The translations under genes and the position numbers were made by a program. Of a DNA stretch of 58,754 nucleotides, positions 30,817 through 39,138 are shown one piece after another. The notes under the pieces were generated by a model that saw only the letters and a program-made list of their open reading frames with translations, had not been told where the DNA came from and searched no databases. The stretch covers positions 1 to 58,754 of the forward strand of contig JAEZCB010000015.1 in the NCBI GenBank assembly GCA_023412755.1, given 5' to 3'. Every line of letters starts with the position of its first letter. Positions within the stretch are counted from its first letter, which is position 1. Source of the DNA: Bacteroidota bacterium (lineage in GTDB: Bacteria > Bacteroidota > Bacteroidia > Flavobacteriales_F > PHOS-HE28).

Positions 30817-31227
30817 ATGTACCCAGCTGAATTAGTAGCACCGATGAAGGCGGATCTTACCACATCCGGCTTCGAAGATCTGAAGACCCCAGAGCAAGTG
30901 GACAAGGCCCTTACCCAACCGGGCACTGTGCTTTGCGTGGTGAATAGTGTATGCGGCTGTGCTGCCGGCGCAGCAAGGCCGGGGGTAAAGATGTCCCTGC
31001 AGGGTGAGCACCGGCCGGATAAATTGGTGACAGTGTTCGCAGGTGTGGACACCGATGCCACTGCCCAGGCCCGAAAGCATTTCCTGCCGTATCCGCCCAG
31101 CAGCCCGAGTATGGCGCTGTTCAAGGATGGCAAACTGGTGCATTTTCTGGAACGGCATCACATTGAAGGAAGATCAGCGGAGATGATCGCTGAGAATCTC
31201 ATGATGGCCTACGAGGAATTCTGTTGA
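30817..31227 (+). CDS. BrxA/BrxB-family bacilliredoxin (YphP/YqiW-like)
   Basis: MYPAELVAPMKADLTTSGFEDLKTPEQVD...VVNSVCGCAAGAARPG carries the CGC redox motif. 136 aa. Confidence 0.85.
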   Translation: MYPAELVAPMKADLTTSGFEDLKTPEQVDKALTQPGTVLCVVNSVCGCAAGAARPGVKMSLQGEHRPDKLVTVFAGVDTDATAQARKHFLPYPPSSPSMALFKDGKLVHFLERHHIEGRSAEMIAENLMMAYEEFC

Positions 31228-31243
31228 ATCAGTAAGCGATATC

Positions 31244-31283
31244 AAAAAGGAGAGGCGGCCCGCCAGGCCGCCTCTCCTTTTTA
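31244..31283. terminator. Bidirectional rho-independent terminator
   Basis: aaaaaggagaggcggcc / ggccgcctctccttttt is a perfect stem of at least 12 bp, flanked by an A-run and a T-run, between convergent genes. Confidence 0.8.
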
Positions 31284-31307
31284 ATATCCAGGCCCTCGGT
31301 GCTCCTA

Positions 31308-31595
31308 TTAAAGATCACTGGTGGTGGGCTGTGTGATCCGTGGCGGAACAGCCGGAAGTGTATCGGTATCAGGGAGCGGTTGGCCGGATGCCTCTACGGT
31401 ATTCTCGATCTGATCAGGAGGCGCTAACTGCGTACCACTTGGTGAACCCAGCGGACCCGTTTCCGGCGCATGTTCACCACTTCTGCCAAGTGTGACGAAG
31501 ATACCCGCCACGACCAGCAGAACGATAATTAGCACCCACCATGTTCCTGATACCCTGGGGGTACGATCGCGCATGGGGTTATTCTCGTTCGTCAT
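31308..31595 (-). CDS. Small single-pass membrane protein with a Pro-rich tail
   Basis: An in-frame ATG at 31595 gives MTNENNPMRDRTPRVSGTWWVLIIVLLVVAGIFV, followed by a P/T/G-rich tail. Confidence 0.45.
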   Translation of the reverse strand: MTNENNPMRDRTPRVSGTWWVLIIVLLVVAGIFVTLGRSGEHAPETGPLGSPSGTQLAPPDQIENTVEASGQPLPDTDTLPAVPPRITQPTTSDL

Positions 31596-31714
31596 GGCCT
31601 CATTCTTTCCCAGTTCAAGTCCAACCAGCGTGCCGGACCGTAAAATCTCCATTCAGGTTCGATCTCCTTCGTTATGGCATCGCATTGGTACGCTTAATGA
31701 TCAAATCATTCATT

Positions 31715-31942
31715 ATGAAGATAGCGATCTTTGAAACACCGGGTCCAGGGCAGCCTGGCGATCCCGTACCAGAACCCGCGAAACAGCCGGACATGCCGCA
31801 ACCCAAGCGTTCGCCGGTACCAGGTGCACCTAGTGAAACGCCTCAGGAGCGGCCCAGCGATCCAGGTCAGAGGCCGGATACGACGCGGGAGCACCCGACC
31901 GACCCTGACCCACAGGAGCCGAAGGCTCCGATCGGTTATTGA
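31715..31942 (+). CDS. Small Pro-rich disordered protein (tentative)
   Basis: MKIAIFETPGPGQPGDPVPEPAKQPDMPQPKRSP... Its stop TGA (31940-31942) directly abuts the ATG of the next gene at 31943. Confidence 0.35.
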   Translation: MKIAIFETPGPGQPGDPVPEPAKQPDMPQPKRSPVPGAPSETPQERPSDPGQRPDTTREHPTDPDPQEPKAPIGY

Positions 31943-32620
31943 ATGCAGGGCGGTCCAGTGCGGCCGCTCTTGTGGTTACAGGGCGGCTACTTCGTGATCA
32001 CCGGCATATGGCCACTGGCCCATATGCCCAGTTTCCTTGATGTCACTGGGTACAAGGTGGAGTTGTGGTTGGTGGAGACCGTAGGTGTGCTCGTGCTCGC
32101 TATAGGTCTCGCCCTTTTGTTGAGTGCATCACGACCATTGCCACCGCTTTCAGTGATCACAATGGCCATGGTTTCGTCCGCTGGCCTGGCCGTGATAGAG
32201 GTGCAGTATGTTCTGAAGGGAATAATTCTTCCGATCTATTTGGCCGATGTTGTCGTGGAAGTGATCTTTCTGGTCTGGTGGAGTATGCTCCTGATCAAAT
32301 TCAGGGATCCAAATCCGCAGGTGAGATCCGGCTTGCGATCTACTGCGCTTTGTACCGGGGGGCACGGATCATTTCATCGGCGGCATCTCACCTTTATCCA
32401 AGCCACTCAGATCGTCATTCCTGCCGCGATCCAGATGCCCCAGATCATCATTGGCTTCTGTAGGCGGCCGCTGCTCATCGCGCCTATCATCATATCCAGC
32501 TTGTGTACCCGGGAATTGCTCATGTTCCGAGCGGCCACTTACTATATCGCCGCTTTTGCGCTCGTTGTCGGCATCCGGACTGGGACGATCCTTATTCTGA
32601 TCCAACACGGCATCCGGTGA
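31943..32620 (+). CDS. Small multi-pass membrane protein; the last ~100 codons look like read-through antisense to the next gene
   Basis: The first ~125 aa contain about 4 TM helices (YFVITGIWPLA, VGVLVLAIGLALLL, AMVSSAGLAVI, VVVEVIFLVWWSMLLI). The remainder is Ile-rich and mirrors the D/R/E-rich minus-strand ORF. Confidence 0.5.
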   Translation: MQGGPVRPLLWLQGGYFVITGIWPLAHMPSFLDVTGYKVELWLVETVGVLVLAIGLALLLSASRPLPPLSVITMAMVSSAGLAVIEVQYVLKGIILPIYLADVVVEVIFLVWWSMLLIKFRDPNPQVRSGLRSTALCTGGHGSFHRRHLTFIQATQIVIPAAIQMPQIIIGFCRRPLLIAPIIISSLCTRELLMFRAATYYIAAFALVVGIRTGTILILIQHGIR

Positions 32621-32869
32621 GGGCGGCGACGGATCCCCTTTCATGGGCGCATCCCGAAGACCCGAAGGAGTTGCATCCTTACGATCGTTTTCAAGGATGC
32701 GCTTGCGGTTCTCGGCGATCTTCTGATCATGGTCCGCGTTGGTGGCTTTCTTCTCACCTTGTGCACCACCACGTGGATCCTCCGGCCGCTTGTGCGTGGA
32801 GCCCATGCCGCCAGGTGTCATCTTCCCCGACTCATCGGAGCGCATATCTCGTTGCTTATCGCTTGGCAT
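32369..32869 (-). CDS. Highly charged, low-complexity hydrophilic protein (166 aa)
   Basis: D/R/K/E/P/G-rich with no hydrophobic core (MPSDKQRDMRSDESGKMTPGG...). Its ATG lies 1 nt after the stop of the upstream gene 32871..33311. Confidence 0.55.
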   Translation of the reverse strand: MPSDKQRDMRSDESGKMTPGGMGSTHKRPEDPRGGAQGEKKATNADHDQKIAENRKRILENDRKDATPSGLRDAPMKGDPSPPSPDAVLDQNKDRPSPDADNERKSGDIVSGRSEHEQFPGTQAGYDDRRDEQRPPTEANDDLGHLDRGRNDDLSGLDKGEMPPMK

Positions 32870-32870
32870 T

Positions 32871-33311
32871 TTATAATGGATCTTTTCTCGTTTGTTCGGC
32901 CACGTGATCAGGCTTGGTATTCTCCGGCTGTGTCCTGTCTTTCGGGATCATGGCGTGCACATCAAGCCGGCTCACCATGCGGTCCACTACGCCTGATGCG
33001 TAAGTACCAAAAGCATTCACCACGATACCCTTGATACCCAGTTCTTCCGATGAGATCGCATACACGATGGACATGTCCGCTGGATCACTGGTCCCTTCGA
33101 ACCGGTAGAATTCATCTATGGTGAATTTCTCCGGATCCAATGGTGTTTCCCGCACGCGGCTATAGAGCCCACGTTCGTTTATCTCCAGATCGGTATCGTA
33201 CCCACGCTTCTGCAGATCATTAACGCAAGTGGATAGCGTTCCATAGGAATGTTTGGCGCCTGTGATGTCCATGACCGTCGCATCGCAATAACCGGACCTT
33301 GTGAAAGACAA
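32871..33311 (-). CDS. Conserved hypothetical protein
   Basis: LSTCVNDLQKRGYDTDLEINERGLYS...PEKFTIDEFYRFEGTSDPADMSIVYAISSEELGIKGIVVNAFGTYAS matches a small family I recall from many Bacteroidota genomes. Its function is unknown. Confidence 0.6.
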   Translation of the reverse strand: MSFTRSGYCDATVMDITGAKHSYGTLSTCVNDLQKRGYDTDLEINERGLYSRVRETPLDPEKFTIDEFYRFEGTSDPADMSIVYAISSEELGIKGIVVNAFGTYASGVVDRMVSRLDVHAMIPKDRTQPENTKPDHVAEQTRKDPL

Positions 33312-33582
33312 CGAGCGCTATGATGGCAGAATAATGGAATGGAACTAAAACGTGCACACAAGCGCCTTTTGAGGATAAAGTTTTGGCACCTTGTCCGCTT
33401 GCCCTCTCTTTGTTGCATGAGAACCTCCCGATCGTAGTAGTGCTTCCCCAGCGAAGTGGATGCACTTATCGCATGGAAGCCAGTTGTTGTCAAGGGCCTG
33501 CGATCTGTGGAGATCGAATGACCTTGTATCCGTGCCCGGGCATTGTGCCTTGGGCGGTGCATGGCGGCAAAAATTCAACACA

Positions 33583-33933
33583 ATGGCGGATCAGAATAGA
33601 GAACGGGGTATGGAGAATAATGAAAGGAACCAACGCGAAGATCGCGAAAGAACAAGTGGAATGAGGGCGGAAGGTGGATCACCATCTTCTGCTTCCCGCG
33701 GCGCCGGGGGCGAAGACCAAGGCCTGGGAAGGAATGCCGGCCAGGAGCAGCGCAGTGGTACCCAGGGAACGGGGAATGAGAGCCGCGGTCAAGGCGGCAA
33801 TACCGGTGGCCAAAGCAGCGGTATGAGCAGCGGCCAAAGTGGAACGTCAGGAAGCGGCCGTGGCTCGCAGGAGCAGGGGCGCGGTGACTCGCAAGGCGGC
33901 GGCAACATGGGCGGCCAGCGCAGAGATCAATAG
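33583..33933 (+). CDS. Gly/Gln/Ser/Arg-rich hydrophilin-like protein
   Basis: An in-frame ATG in ORF 33460..33933 gives MADQNRERGMENNERNQREDRERTSG...GQGGNTGGQSSGMSSGQSGTSGSGRGSQEQGRGDSQGGGNMGGQRRDQ. Confidence 0.5.
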   Translation: MADQNRERGMENNERNQREDRERTSGMRAEGGSPSSASRGAGGEDQGLGRNAGQEQRSGTQGTGNESRGQGGNTGGQSSGMSSGQSGTSGSGRGSQEQGRGDSQGGGNMGGQRRDQ

Positions 33934-34055
33934 ATAGACCGATCGGCGAAAGCTCGTTCCCAGTGGTGGCATGATTCGATCATGCACGTGGGGATGAGCA
34001 TTCGTCGATAGGGGCTTCAAAGTTTATTCATCAGATACCAATACACGAGAATTCC

Positions 34056-34808
34056 ATGGCGAAGACCAGATCAGGATCCAGCGGGTCGAAGAGCCGCGCT
34101 GGAAAGAACAGCACAGGCTCAAAAAGCGGTTCCAACACAAAGTCCTCCAAGAGCCGCAGTTCCAACAACAACAGCCGTAAAATGGCCACAGCAAGCGCCG
34201 GCCGTTCCAATGGCAGCGCGGCATCATCCCGCGGCAAGAATACGAAGAGCAGCAATGGTGGTTTCTCCAGCGGAGCGAATGAAGGGTTGATGAAACTCTT
34301 TACAGAACAGCTGCAGGATGTTTATTACGTGGAGAAGCAGCTTATGCGCGGGCTGGCTCGCATGGCAAAGGCCGCTAACAGTGATGAGCTCCGCGCAGCA
34401 TTCGAAGAACATCGCGAGGAGACAGCCACTCAGATGGAGCGGTTGGAAGAGGTCTTCGAGATGTTGGATCGCAGCCCCAAGGGCAAGAAGTGCGAAGCCA
34501 TGGATGGCTTGATGGACGAGGCGAAGGAACTGATGGAGGATTTCTCCGATGATCCGGCTTTGGATGCTGCACTGGTGGCCGCGGCCCAAAAGGTGGAGCA
34601 TTATGAGATCGCCACCTATGGCAGCCTTTGCGCCTGGGCCGAGCAGCTGGGTCTTGAAGAAGCGATCCCACTGCTGGAGGAGACTTTGCAGGAGGAAAAG
34701 AAGACCGACCAGACCTTGACGGAACTGGCGGTAAGCATGATCAACGAAGAAGGCGAGGAAGGCCGCATGGAAACATCCGGCCGTGGCAACTCCTCGCGTT
34801 CCCGCTAA
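34056..34808 (+). CDS. DUF892 (YciE/YciF-like ferritin-fold) protein with a ~75-aa Ser/Lys/Asn-rich N-terminal extension
   Basis: Core LFTEQLQDVYYVEKQLMRGLARMAKAANSDELRAAFEEHREETATQMERLEEVFEML...KVEHYEIATYGSLCAWAEQLG is typical of DUF892. Confidence 0.8.
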   Translation: MAKTRSGSSGSKSRAGKNSTGSKSGSNTKSSKSRSSNNNSRKMATASAGRSNGSAASSRGKNTKSSNGGFSSGANEGLMKLFTEQLQDVYYVEKQLMRGLARMAKAANSDELRAAFEEHREETATQMERLEEVFEMLDRSPKGKKCEAMDGLMDEAKELMEDFSDDPALDAALVAAAQKVEHYEIATYGSLCAWAEQLGLEEAIPLLEETLQEEKKTDQTLTELAVSMINEEGEEGRMETSGRGNSSRSR

Positions 34809-34821
34809 AGAAGGAGCGGAT

Positions 34822-35976
34822 ATGTTGGCCATGAACTACAGAGGCCCCCAACGGATAAGGGTCTCCCACAAACCGATGCCCGAAATACGCCATCCGCAGG
34901 ATGCGATCGTGCGGGTCACCAGATCATGCATCTGTGGCTCCGATCTGCATCTTTACAATGGCAACGTACCCGATACCCGTGTGGGAATGACATTTGGTCA
35001 TGAGTTCACGGGTATCGTGGAAGAGATCGGTGCGGACGTGCACAAGTTGAAGGTGGGCGATCATGTGATCGTCCCCTTCAACATCGCATGCGGCAAATGC
35101 CACTACTGCAGGCAGGGTCTCTTTGGCTGCTGCCACGAATCCAACTCCCAGGCCACCGCCGTTGGTGGGATCTTCGGTTACTCCCATACCGCTGGTGGCT
35201 ATGATGGGGGCCAGGCCGAATATGTGCGTGTGCCATACGCCGATGTAGGTCCCACGGTGATACCGGAAGGAATGGACCTGGATGATGCGGTGATGCTGAC
35301 CGATGTGGTGCCCACCGGCTACCAGGCCGCTGAGATGGGCGGCATACAGGAAGGGGATACCGTAGTGGTGTTCGGAGCAGGCCCCGTTGGCATTATGGCC
35401 GCACGCTGCTCCTGGTTGTTCGGTGCGGGCCGGGTTATCGTGATCGATGAAGTCGATCATCGCCTTGAATTCGTGAAGAACTATGCGAAGTGCGAAGTGT
35501 ACAACTTCAACGAGATCGGTGATCCCGTGGTCTTCCTGAAACGTGCTACGGATTGGATGGGTGCCGATGTATGCATCGATGCTGTCGGTGCCGAAGCGGC
35601 CGGCAATGCCATGCAGACCATAACAGGGCGCAAGCTGCTGTTGCAGGCCGGTTCCGCCACGGCACTTCATTGGGCCATTAATTCGGTGAAGAAAGGCGGC
35701 ATCGTATCCATCGTAGGTGTCTACGGCCCCACGGACAATCTCATACCCATAGGCAACGTAGTGAACAAGGGGATCACCATCCGGGCCGGACAGGCCTCGG
35801 TGAAACGGCTTCTTCCCAGGCTCATCGATCATGTGCGCAACGGGATCCTGGATCCCAAGGCTTTGATCACGCACCGGTTGCCCCTGGAGGAAGTGGCCGA
35901 TGGATACCGCATCTTCTCAGACAAATTGGACGAGTGCATCAAGCCCGTGTTGATCCCGCCCAGAGCCCAAGCATGA
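34822..35976 (+). CDS. Zinc-dependent alcohol dehydrogenase family (glutathione-independent formaldehyde-dehydrogenase-like)
   Basis: VTRSCICGSDLHLYNG, GHEFTGIVEEIG, the CGKCHYCRQG structural zinc site and the GAGPVG NAD fold. The ATG at 34822 is preceded by AAGGAG. Confidence 0.85.
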   Translation: MLAMNYRGPQRIRVSHKPMPEIRHPQDAIVRVTRSCICGSDLHLYNGNVPDTRVGMTFGHEFTGIVEEIGADVHKLKVGDHVIVPFNIACGKCHYCRQGLFGCCHESNSQATAVGGIFGYSHTAGGYDGGQAEYVRVPYADVGPTVIPEGMDLDDAVMLTDVVPTGYQAAEMGGIQEGDTVVVFGAGPVGIMAARCSWLFGAGRVIVIDEVDHRLEFVKNYAKCEVYNFNEIGDPVVFLKRATDWMGADVCIDAVGAEAAGNAMQTITGRKLLLQAGSATALHWAINSVKKGGIVSIVGVYGPTDNLIPIGNVVNKGITIRAGQASVKRLLPRLIDHVRNGILDPKALITHRLPLEEVADGYRIFSDKLDECIKPVLIPPRAQA

Positions 35977-36470
35977 TAGATGATATGGAAACAGCGACAC
36001 GTAATGATATAAAGGGATGGGGAATGGATGCGGATCGGAAGAACGATCCCACTTATCCCATGAAGAAACGCACGGATGCCGAGCAAACAGGATACAGTTG
36101 GGATAGACCGGCGCAACAGCCCGTAACGGAAGAGGTCCTTCGTTCCATCGAACGTCCAAATATCTCGGCTGTTCATGGTACTTCCGCCCCACCCAGTGGT
36201 TTGAGCGGGGCCATAAGGCGGGCCGCATTCAAACAGAGTGAATCCAGCTATGGCCGATGGCTGCCCTTGATCCTGGCGGATCGTGTTAATGTGGTGGAAG
36301 GTGTATTGGATGATCTGATCCATGGACACTTCCCGAATTTCTTCAAGGAGAAGGGTTTCGGGGCGCGCTGGAAGTACGATCGGCAGAATGCCATGATATC
36401 GTTGGCTACTACGGTAGTCATCACTGCGGCAGTGGTAGGCCTGTTCATCCGACGGCGGGGTCGTCGTTGA
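35973..36470 (+). CDS. Hypothetical C-terminally membrane-anchored protein, translationally coupled to the dehydrogenase
   Basis: The ATG at 35973 overlaps the ADH stop (ATGA). MIDDMETATRNDIKGWGMDADRKNDPTYPMKKR... The C-terminal TM is ISLATTVVITAAVVGLFI, followed by RRRGRR. Confidence 0.55.
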   Translation: MIDDMETATRNDIKGWGMDADRKNDPTYPMKKRTDAEQTGYSWDRPAQQPVTEEVLRSIERPNISAVHGTSAPPSGLSGAIRRAAFKQSESSYGRWLPLILADRVNVVEGVLDDLIHGHFPNFFKEKGFGARWKYDRQNAMISLATTVVITAAVVGLFIRRRGRR

Positions 36471-36495
36471 ATCCAACATACTGATCAACGGAGGG

Positions 36496-36526
36496 GCAGG
36501 GCGAACATCACCCTGCTCTTTTTGTT
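36496..36526 (+). terminator. Terminator candidate
   Basis: gcaggg (36496-36501) pairs with ccctgc (36511-36516), followed by tctttttgtt. It overlaps the 3' end of the convergent gene. Confidence 0.45.
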
Positions 36527-37437
36527 CCCCGGCCTGGGAGCCAATGGCCTTCCTTCTGTAGTTCTTGAACAATGTTCAAAGCGGCCTTCACACCGTCCGC
36601 AGCGGCCACCACCACCATATTCGGGTCGGCGGCCGCATCGCCTACCACATAAAGACCTGGGACCTCTGTTCGCTGTTTCTTGTCGGTGCGGATCGCACCT
36701 GTTCTGGTGGTTCGGCATCCCATCTTCCGTGCTATGTCCCATTGTTGCCGCGTGGGGCCATCGAAGAATAGCGCATCCCGTTCCACGAGTTGTCCATCCT
36801 GAAGTTCCATGGCATGCATGCGATCATCATCACCAACAAGGCGGCGGATCTTTTCCTGGCGGATCGGGATCCCGGCATCAGAGGCACTCACCCTATCGTC
36901 GTGCTTCACCGAGACGCCGTTCGTGAAGAGGATCACATCCGGGCTCCAGGTAAGAAGCCCTTTCGCGATGGCCACACCCTTGTGTGGTGTGGTGGAGTAG
37001 ACCGCCAGGCGCTTATCCCGTACTTCCCAACCGTCGCAGAAAGGACAATGGAAGACGCTGGTGCCATAGTATTTGTCCATGCCGATCACCGGCGGCAGCT
37101 CATCCGTTTTACCGGTGGCAAGCACGATCCGGGGCGATTGGTACTGTTCTCCATTTTCCAGCGTAACGATAAAGCCATCCGGAATGCCTTGAAGGTCACT
37201 GGCGACCGCATCGATGATGCGTACGCCCAGCGCGAGCACCTCCGCATGTGCGGAGCGGCGCAGGTCCAACGGCGGCATACCGTCACGGCTTATGAAGCCA
37301 TGGATGCCATGCGCACGGATGTTGCGCGGTGTGGCCTTGTCGATCATCAAAACGTGCAGCCTGCTCCGCCCGAGGATCAGGGCGGAACTGGAACCGGCGG
37401 GACCTCCGCCGATCACGATCACATCATATGTATTCAC
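36508..37437 (-). CDS. Thioredoxin-reductase-like NAD(P)/FAD-dependent oxidoreductase
   Basis: YDVIVIGGGPAGSSSA FAD fold and the redox motif HCPFCDGWE. 309 aa. Starts with GTG. Confidence 0.8.
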   Translation of the reverse strand: MNTYDVIVIGGGPAGSSSALILGRSRLHVLMIDKATPRNIRAHGIHGFISRDGMPPLDLRRSAHAEVLALGVRIIDAVASDLQGIPDGFIVTLENGEQYQSPRIVLATGKTDELPPVIGMDKYYGTSVFHCPFCDGWEVRDKRLAVYSTTPHKGVAIAKGLLTWSPDVILFTNGVSVKHDDRVSASDAGIPIRQEKIRRLVGDDDRMHAMELQDGQLVERDALFFDGPTRQQWDIARKMGCRTTRTGAIRTDKKQRTEVPGLYVVGDAAADPNMVVVAAADGVKAALNIVQELQKEGHWLPGRGTKRAG

Positions 37438-37465
37438 TGGTCGGGGCGTTGAAGGGTTACGGTAC

Positions 37466-37498
37466 GTGAAAGCCCCGCCGGGGAGGGCGGGGCTTCAC
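37466..37498 (-). terminator. GC-rich hairpin downstream of the TG-rich LTXXQ gene
   Basis: gtgaaagccccgcc pairs with ggcggggcttcac (one bulge). There is no obvious U-tract. Confidence 0.4.
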
Positions 37499-37532
37499 GC
37501 CAAACGGAGGTTGAAGAACAACCTCACCAAAC

Positions 37533-38162
37533 CTAACGGTCCATATCGGTCTCGCGATCCCCACGGGTGTTGTCATGATCCTGACACCACTCCTGATAGA
37601 GATCGAATTGTGCAGTGGTCAAAACGGTACGCAGTTCACGTTCCATGGCTTCCTGCGTATTATCATCATAGCCAAGCTGGCCTGAAGAGTCGCCAGTTTT
37701 GTTCGTGCCTGTACCAGTAGCTCCAGTGGTGTTCCCAGTGGTCCGGTCGATCTCCGTGGTCCCTGTTGTTCCAGTGGTCCCAGTCGTGTGATCGGTGCCA
37801 GTGCCAGTGGTCCCTGTAGTGCGATCGGAATTCGTGCCCGTGCCCCGATCCATGCCAGTGGTTCCGGTGGTGGGGGTGGCCCGGTCTTCCTGGGTACCAC
37901 GCATGGTCTCCTCAGTGCCTCGAACGCCCTGGTGGTAATTATCGGTCTTGTATCGATGCTGGATGTCCTTCACCCTGTTGATCTGGTCCTGGGTCAAGCC
38001 AAGGTTGGACCAGGTCTTATCATCCGCTTGCACAAGGCAATTCTGGTCCGTGCTATTTCGGTCTTCCGTGCTGTTGGTACCTGTTGTATCAGTGGAGCCT
38101 GTTTGCGCTGTGACAGTTGCGCATAGGGCCAACATCGCTATGGAGGTCGATACGTTCTTCAT
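37533..38162 (-). CDS. Secreted LTXXQ-motif (Spy/CpxP-like) protein with a long Thr-Gly-rich low-complexity insert
   Basis: The in-frame ATG at 38162 gives signal peptide MKNVSTSIAMLALCATVTAQ. The motifs are WSNLGLTQDQINRVKDIQHRY and ELRTVLTTAQFDLYQEW. The middle is TTGTTGMDRGTGTNSDRTTGTTGTGTDHTTGTTGTTGTT. Confidence 0.55.
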   Translation of the reverse strand: MKNVSTSIAMLALCATVTAQTGSTDTTGTNSTEDRNSTDQNCLVQADDKTWSNLGLTQDQINRVKDIQHRYKTDNYHQGVRGTEETMRGTQEDRATPTTGTTGMDRGTGTNSDRTTGTTGTGTDHTTGTTGTTGTTEIDRTTGNTTGATGTGTNKTGDSSGQLGYDDNTQEAMERELRTVLTTAQFDLYQEWCQDHDNTRGDRETDMDR

Positions 38163-38383
38163 TTTGGGTCTCTGGTTTCGTGAAATGCTAAAATGAATGC
38201 CATATTGGCGCAGCAAAGCCACCAACCCTTGTTCCAACTATGATCCAAGGGAGATGTATTCGTTTTGATCATCAAAGAACGACCTCAGCTAGGAGGCTCT
38301 TCTGCGGATGCTTTACCACGGCTCTTCCCCGATCTTGGGGAAATAGTGTGGAAAGCCTGCCGGATAAAGCCCGCCATTATTGC

Positions 38384-38713
38384 TCATTGCATGGTCCGGG
38401 TAAGGAAGAGACTGATGGTGAAACTGGGCCTCTCTACACCCTGCTCCTTTGCGGACCTGGCGATCAATTGAGTGAACTGGTCGCTGGGCTGATGGAAAAC
38501 CGCGATCACATGCAGCCCAAAGGATTCATAAGGTACGTGTACGGTCTCCGCAGCGGTATCCGGTTCCCTGGCCAACAATTCAAGTGCTTTCGCATGCAGG
38601 TCCATCAAGCGCTCGTCCAGATCCCGGCGTAACTGCAGCACGATCTCTGGTGCCTCAGGATCATTGATCAATGGGAGGTAGTTCGCCAGCATGCTGCGCC
38701 AGTTCCCATTCAC
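38384..38713 (-). CDS. Hypothetical protein, possibly frameshifted at its 3' end
   Basis: MNGNWRSMLANYLPLINDPEAPEIVLQLRRDLDERLMDLHAKALELL... looks protein-like. Another frame continues with LYPAGFPHYFPKIGEEPW after the stop. Confidence 0.35.
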   Translation of the reverse strand: MNGNWRSMLANYLPLINDPEAPEIVLQLRRDLDERLMDLHAKALELLAREPDTAAETVHVPYESFGLHVIAVFHQPSDQFTQLIARSAKEQGVERPSFTISLFLTRTMQ

Positions 38714-38773
38714 ATGCCAGCGCCCGTGGCATGGCTTTGTGACCCGAAACGATGATCTAAAATTCAGAAGACC

Positions 38774-39097
38774 ATGAGCGAAAAAAAGGATAAGAATAGA
38801 ACGGTGCAGGACCTGAGTGATGATGCTGAACGATGGACGAACAATGCTTCTTCACAAGCTGACCTGCCGGAACCACGCGTGAAGAAGGAGGATCTTCCCC
38901 AGGCCGATCAGGATCGATTCAAGGATGGAGTCTACTCGGGTACGGGAACAGGTGCCGGGCCAGGGGGATCCACCAATACCGGTGGTGCGGACACCACTAC
39001 AATGGAAGGCCAGCCCCGGCTTGGCACTACGGATAAACTACCCAACGAGCAGACCCTGGGTTCCAGCGAACGCGATGGTACTAACAGAACAAAGTGA
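38774..39097 (+). CDS. Small hydrophilic low-complexity protein
   Basis: MSEKKDKNRTVQDLSDDAERW...GTGTGAGPGGSTNTGGADTTT...SSERDGTNRTK. No hydrophobic segment. Confidence 0.5.
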   Translation: MSEKKDKNRTVQDLSDDAERWTNNASSQADLPEPRVKKEDLPQADQDRFKDGVYSGTGTGAGPGGSTNTGGADTTTMEGQPRLGTTDKLPNEQTLGSSERDGTNRTK

Positions 39098-39138
39098 TGA
39101 ACCTTTTCGATCGGATCAAGCGTGGAACATTCAGGGTC

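Noticed and set aside
30559-31300. tRNA-Leu as a genomic-island integration site for the stress cluster
   Set aside because: The cluster lies on the 5' side of the tRNA, beyond a conserved brx gene. I saw no integrase and no repeat of the tRNA 3' end.
34924-37452. Long ORFs 34924..35874(-), 35829..36572(-) and 36790..37452(+)
   Set aside because: They are antisense or off-frame relative to the ADH, its coupled partner and the TrxR-like gene, all of which carry clear motifs.
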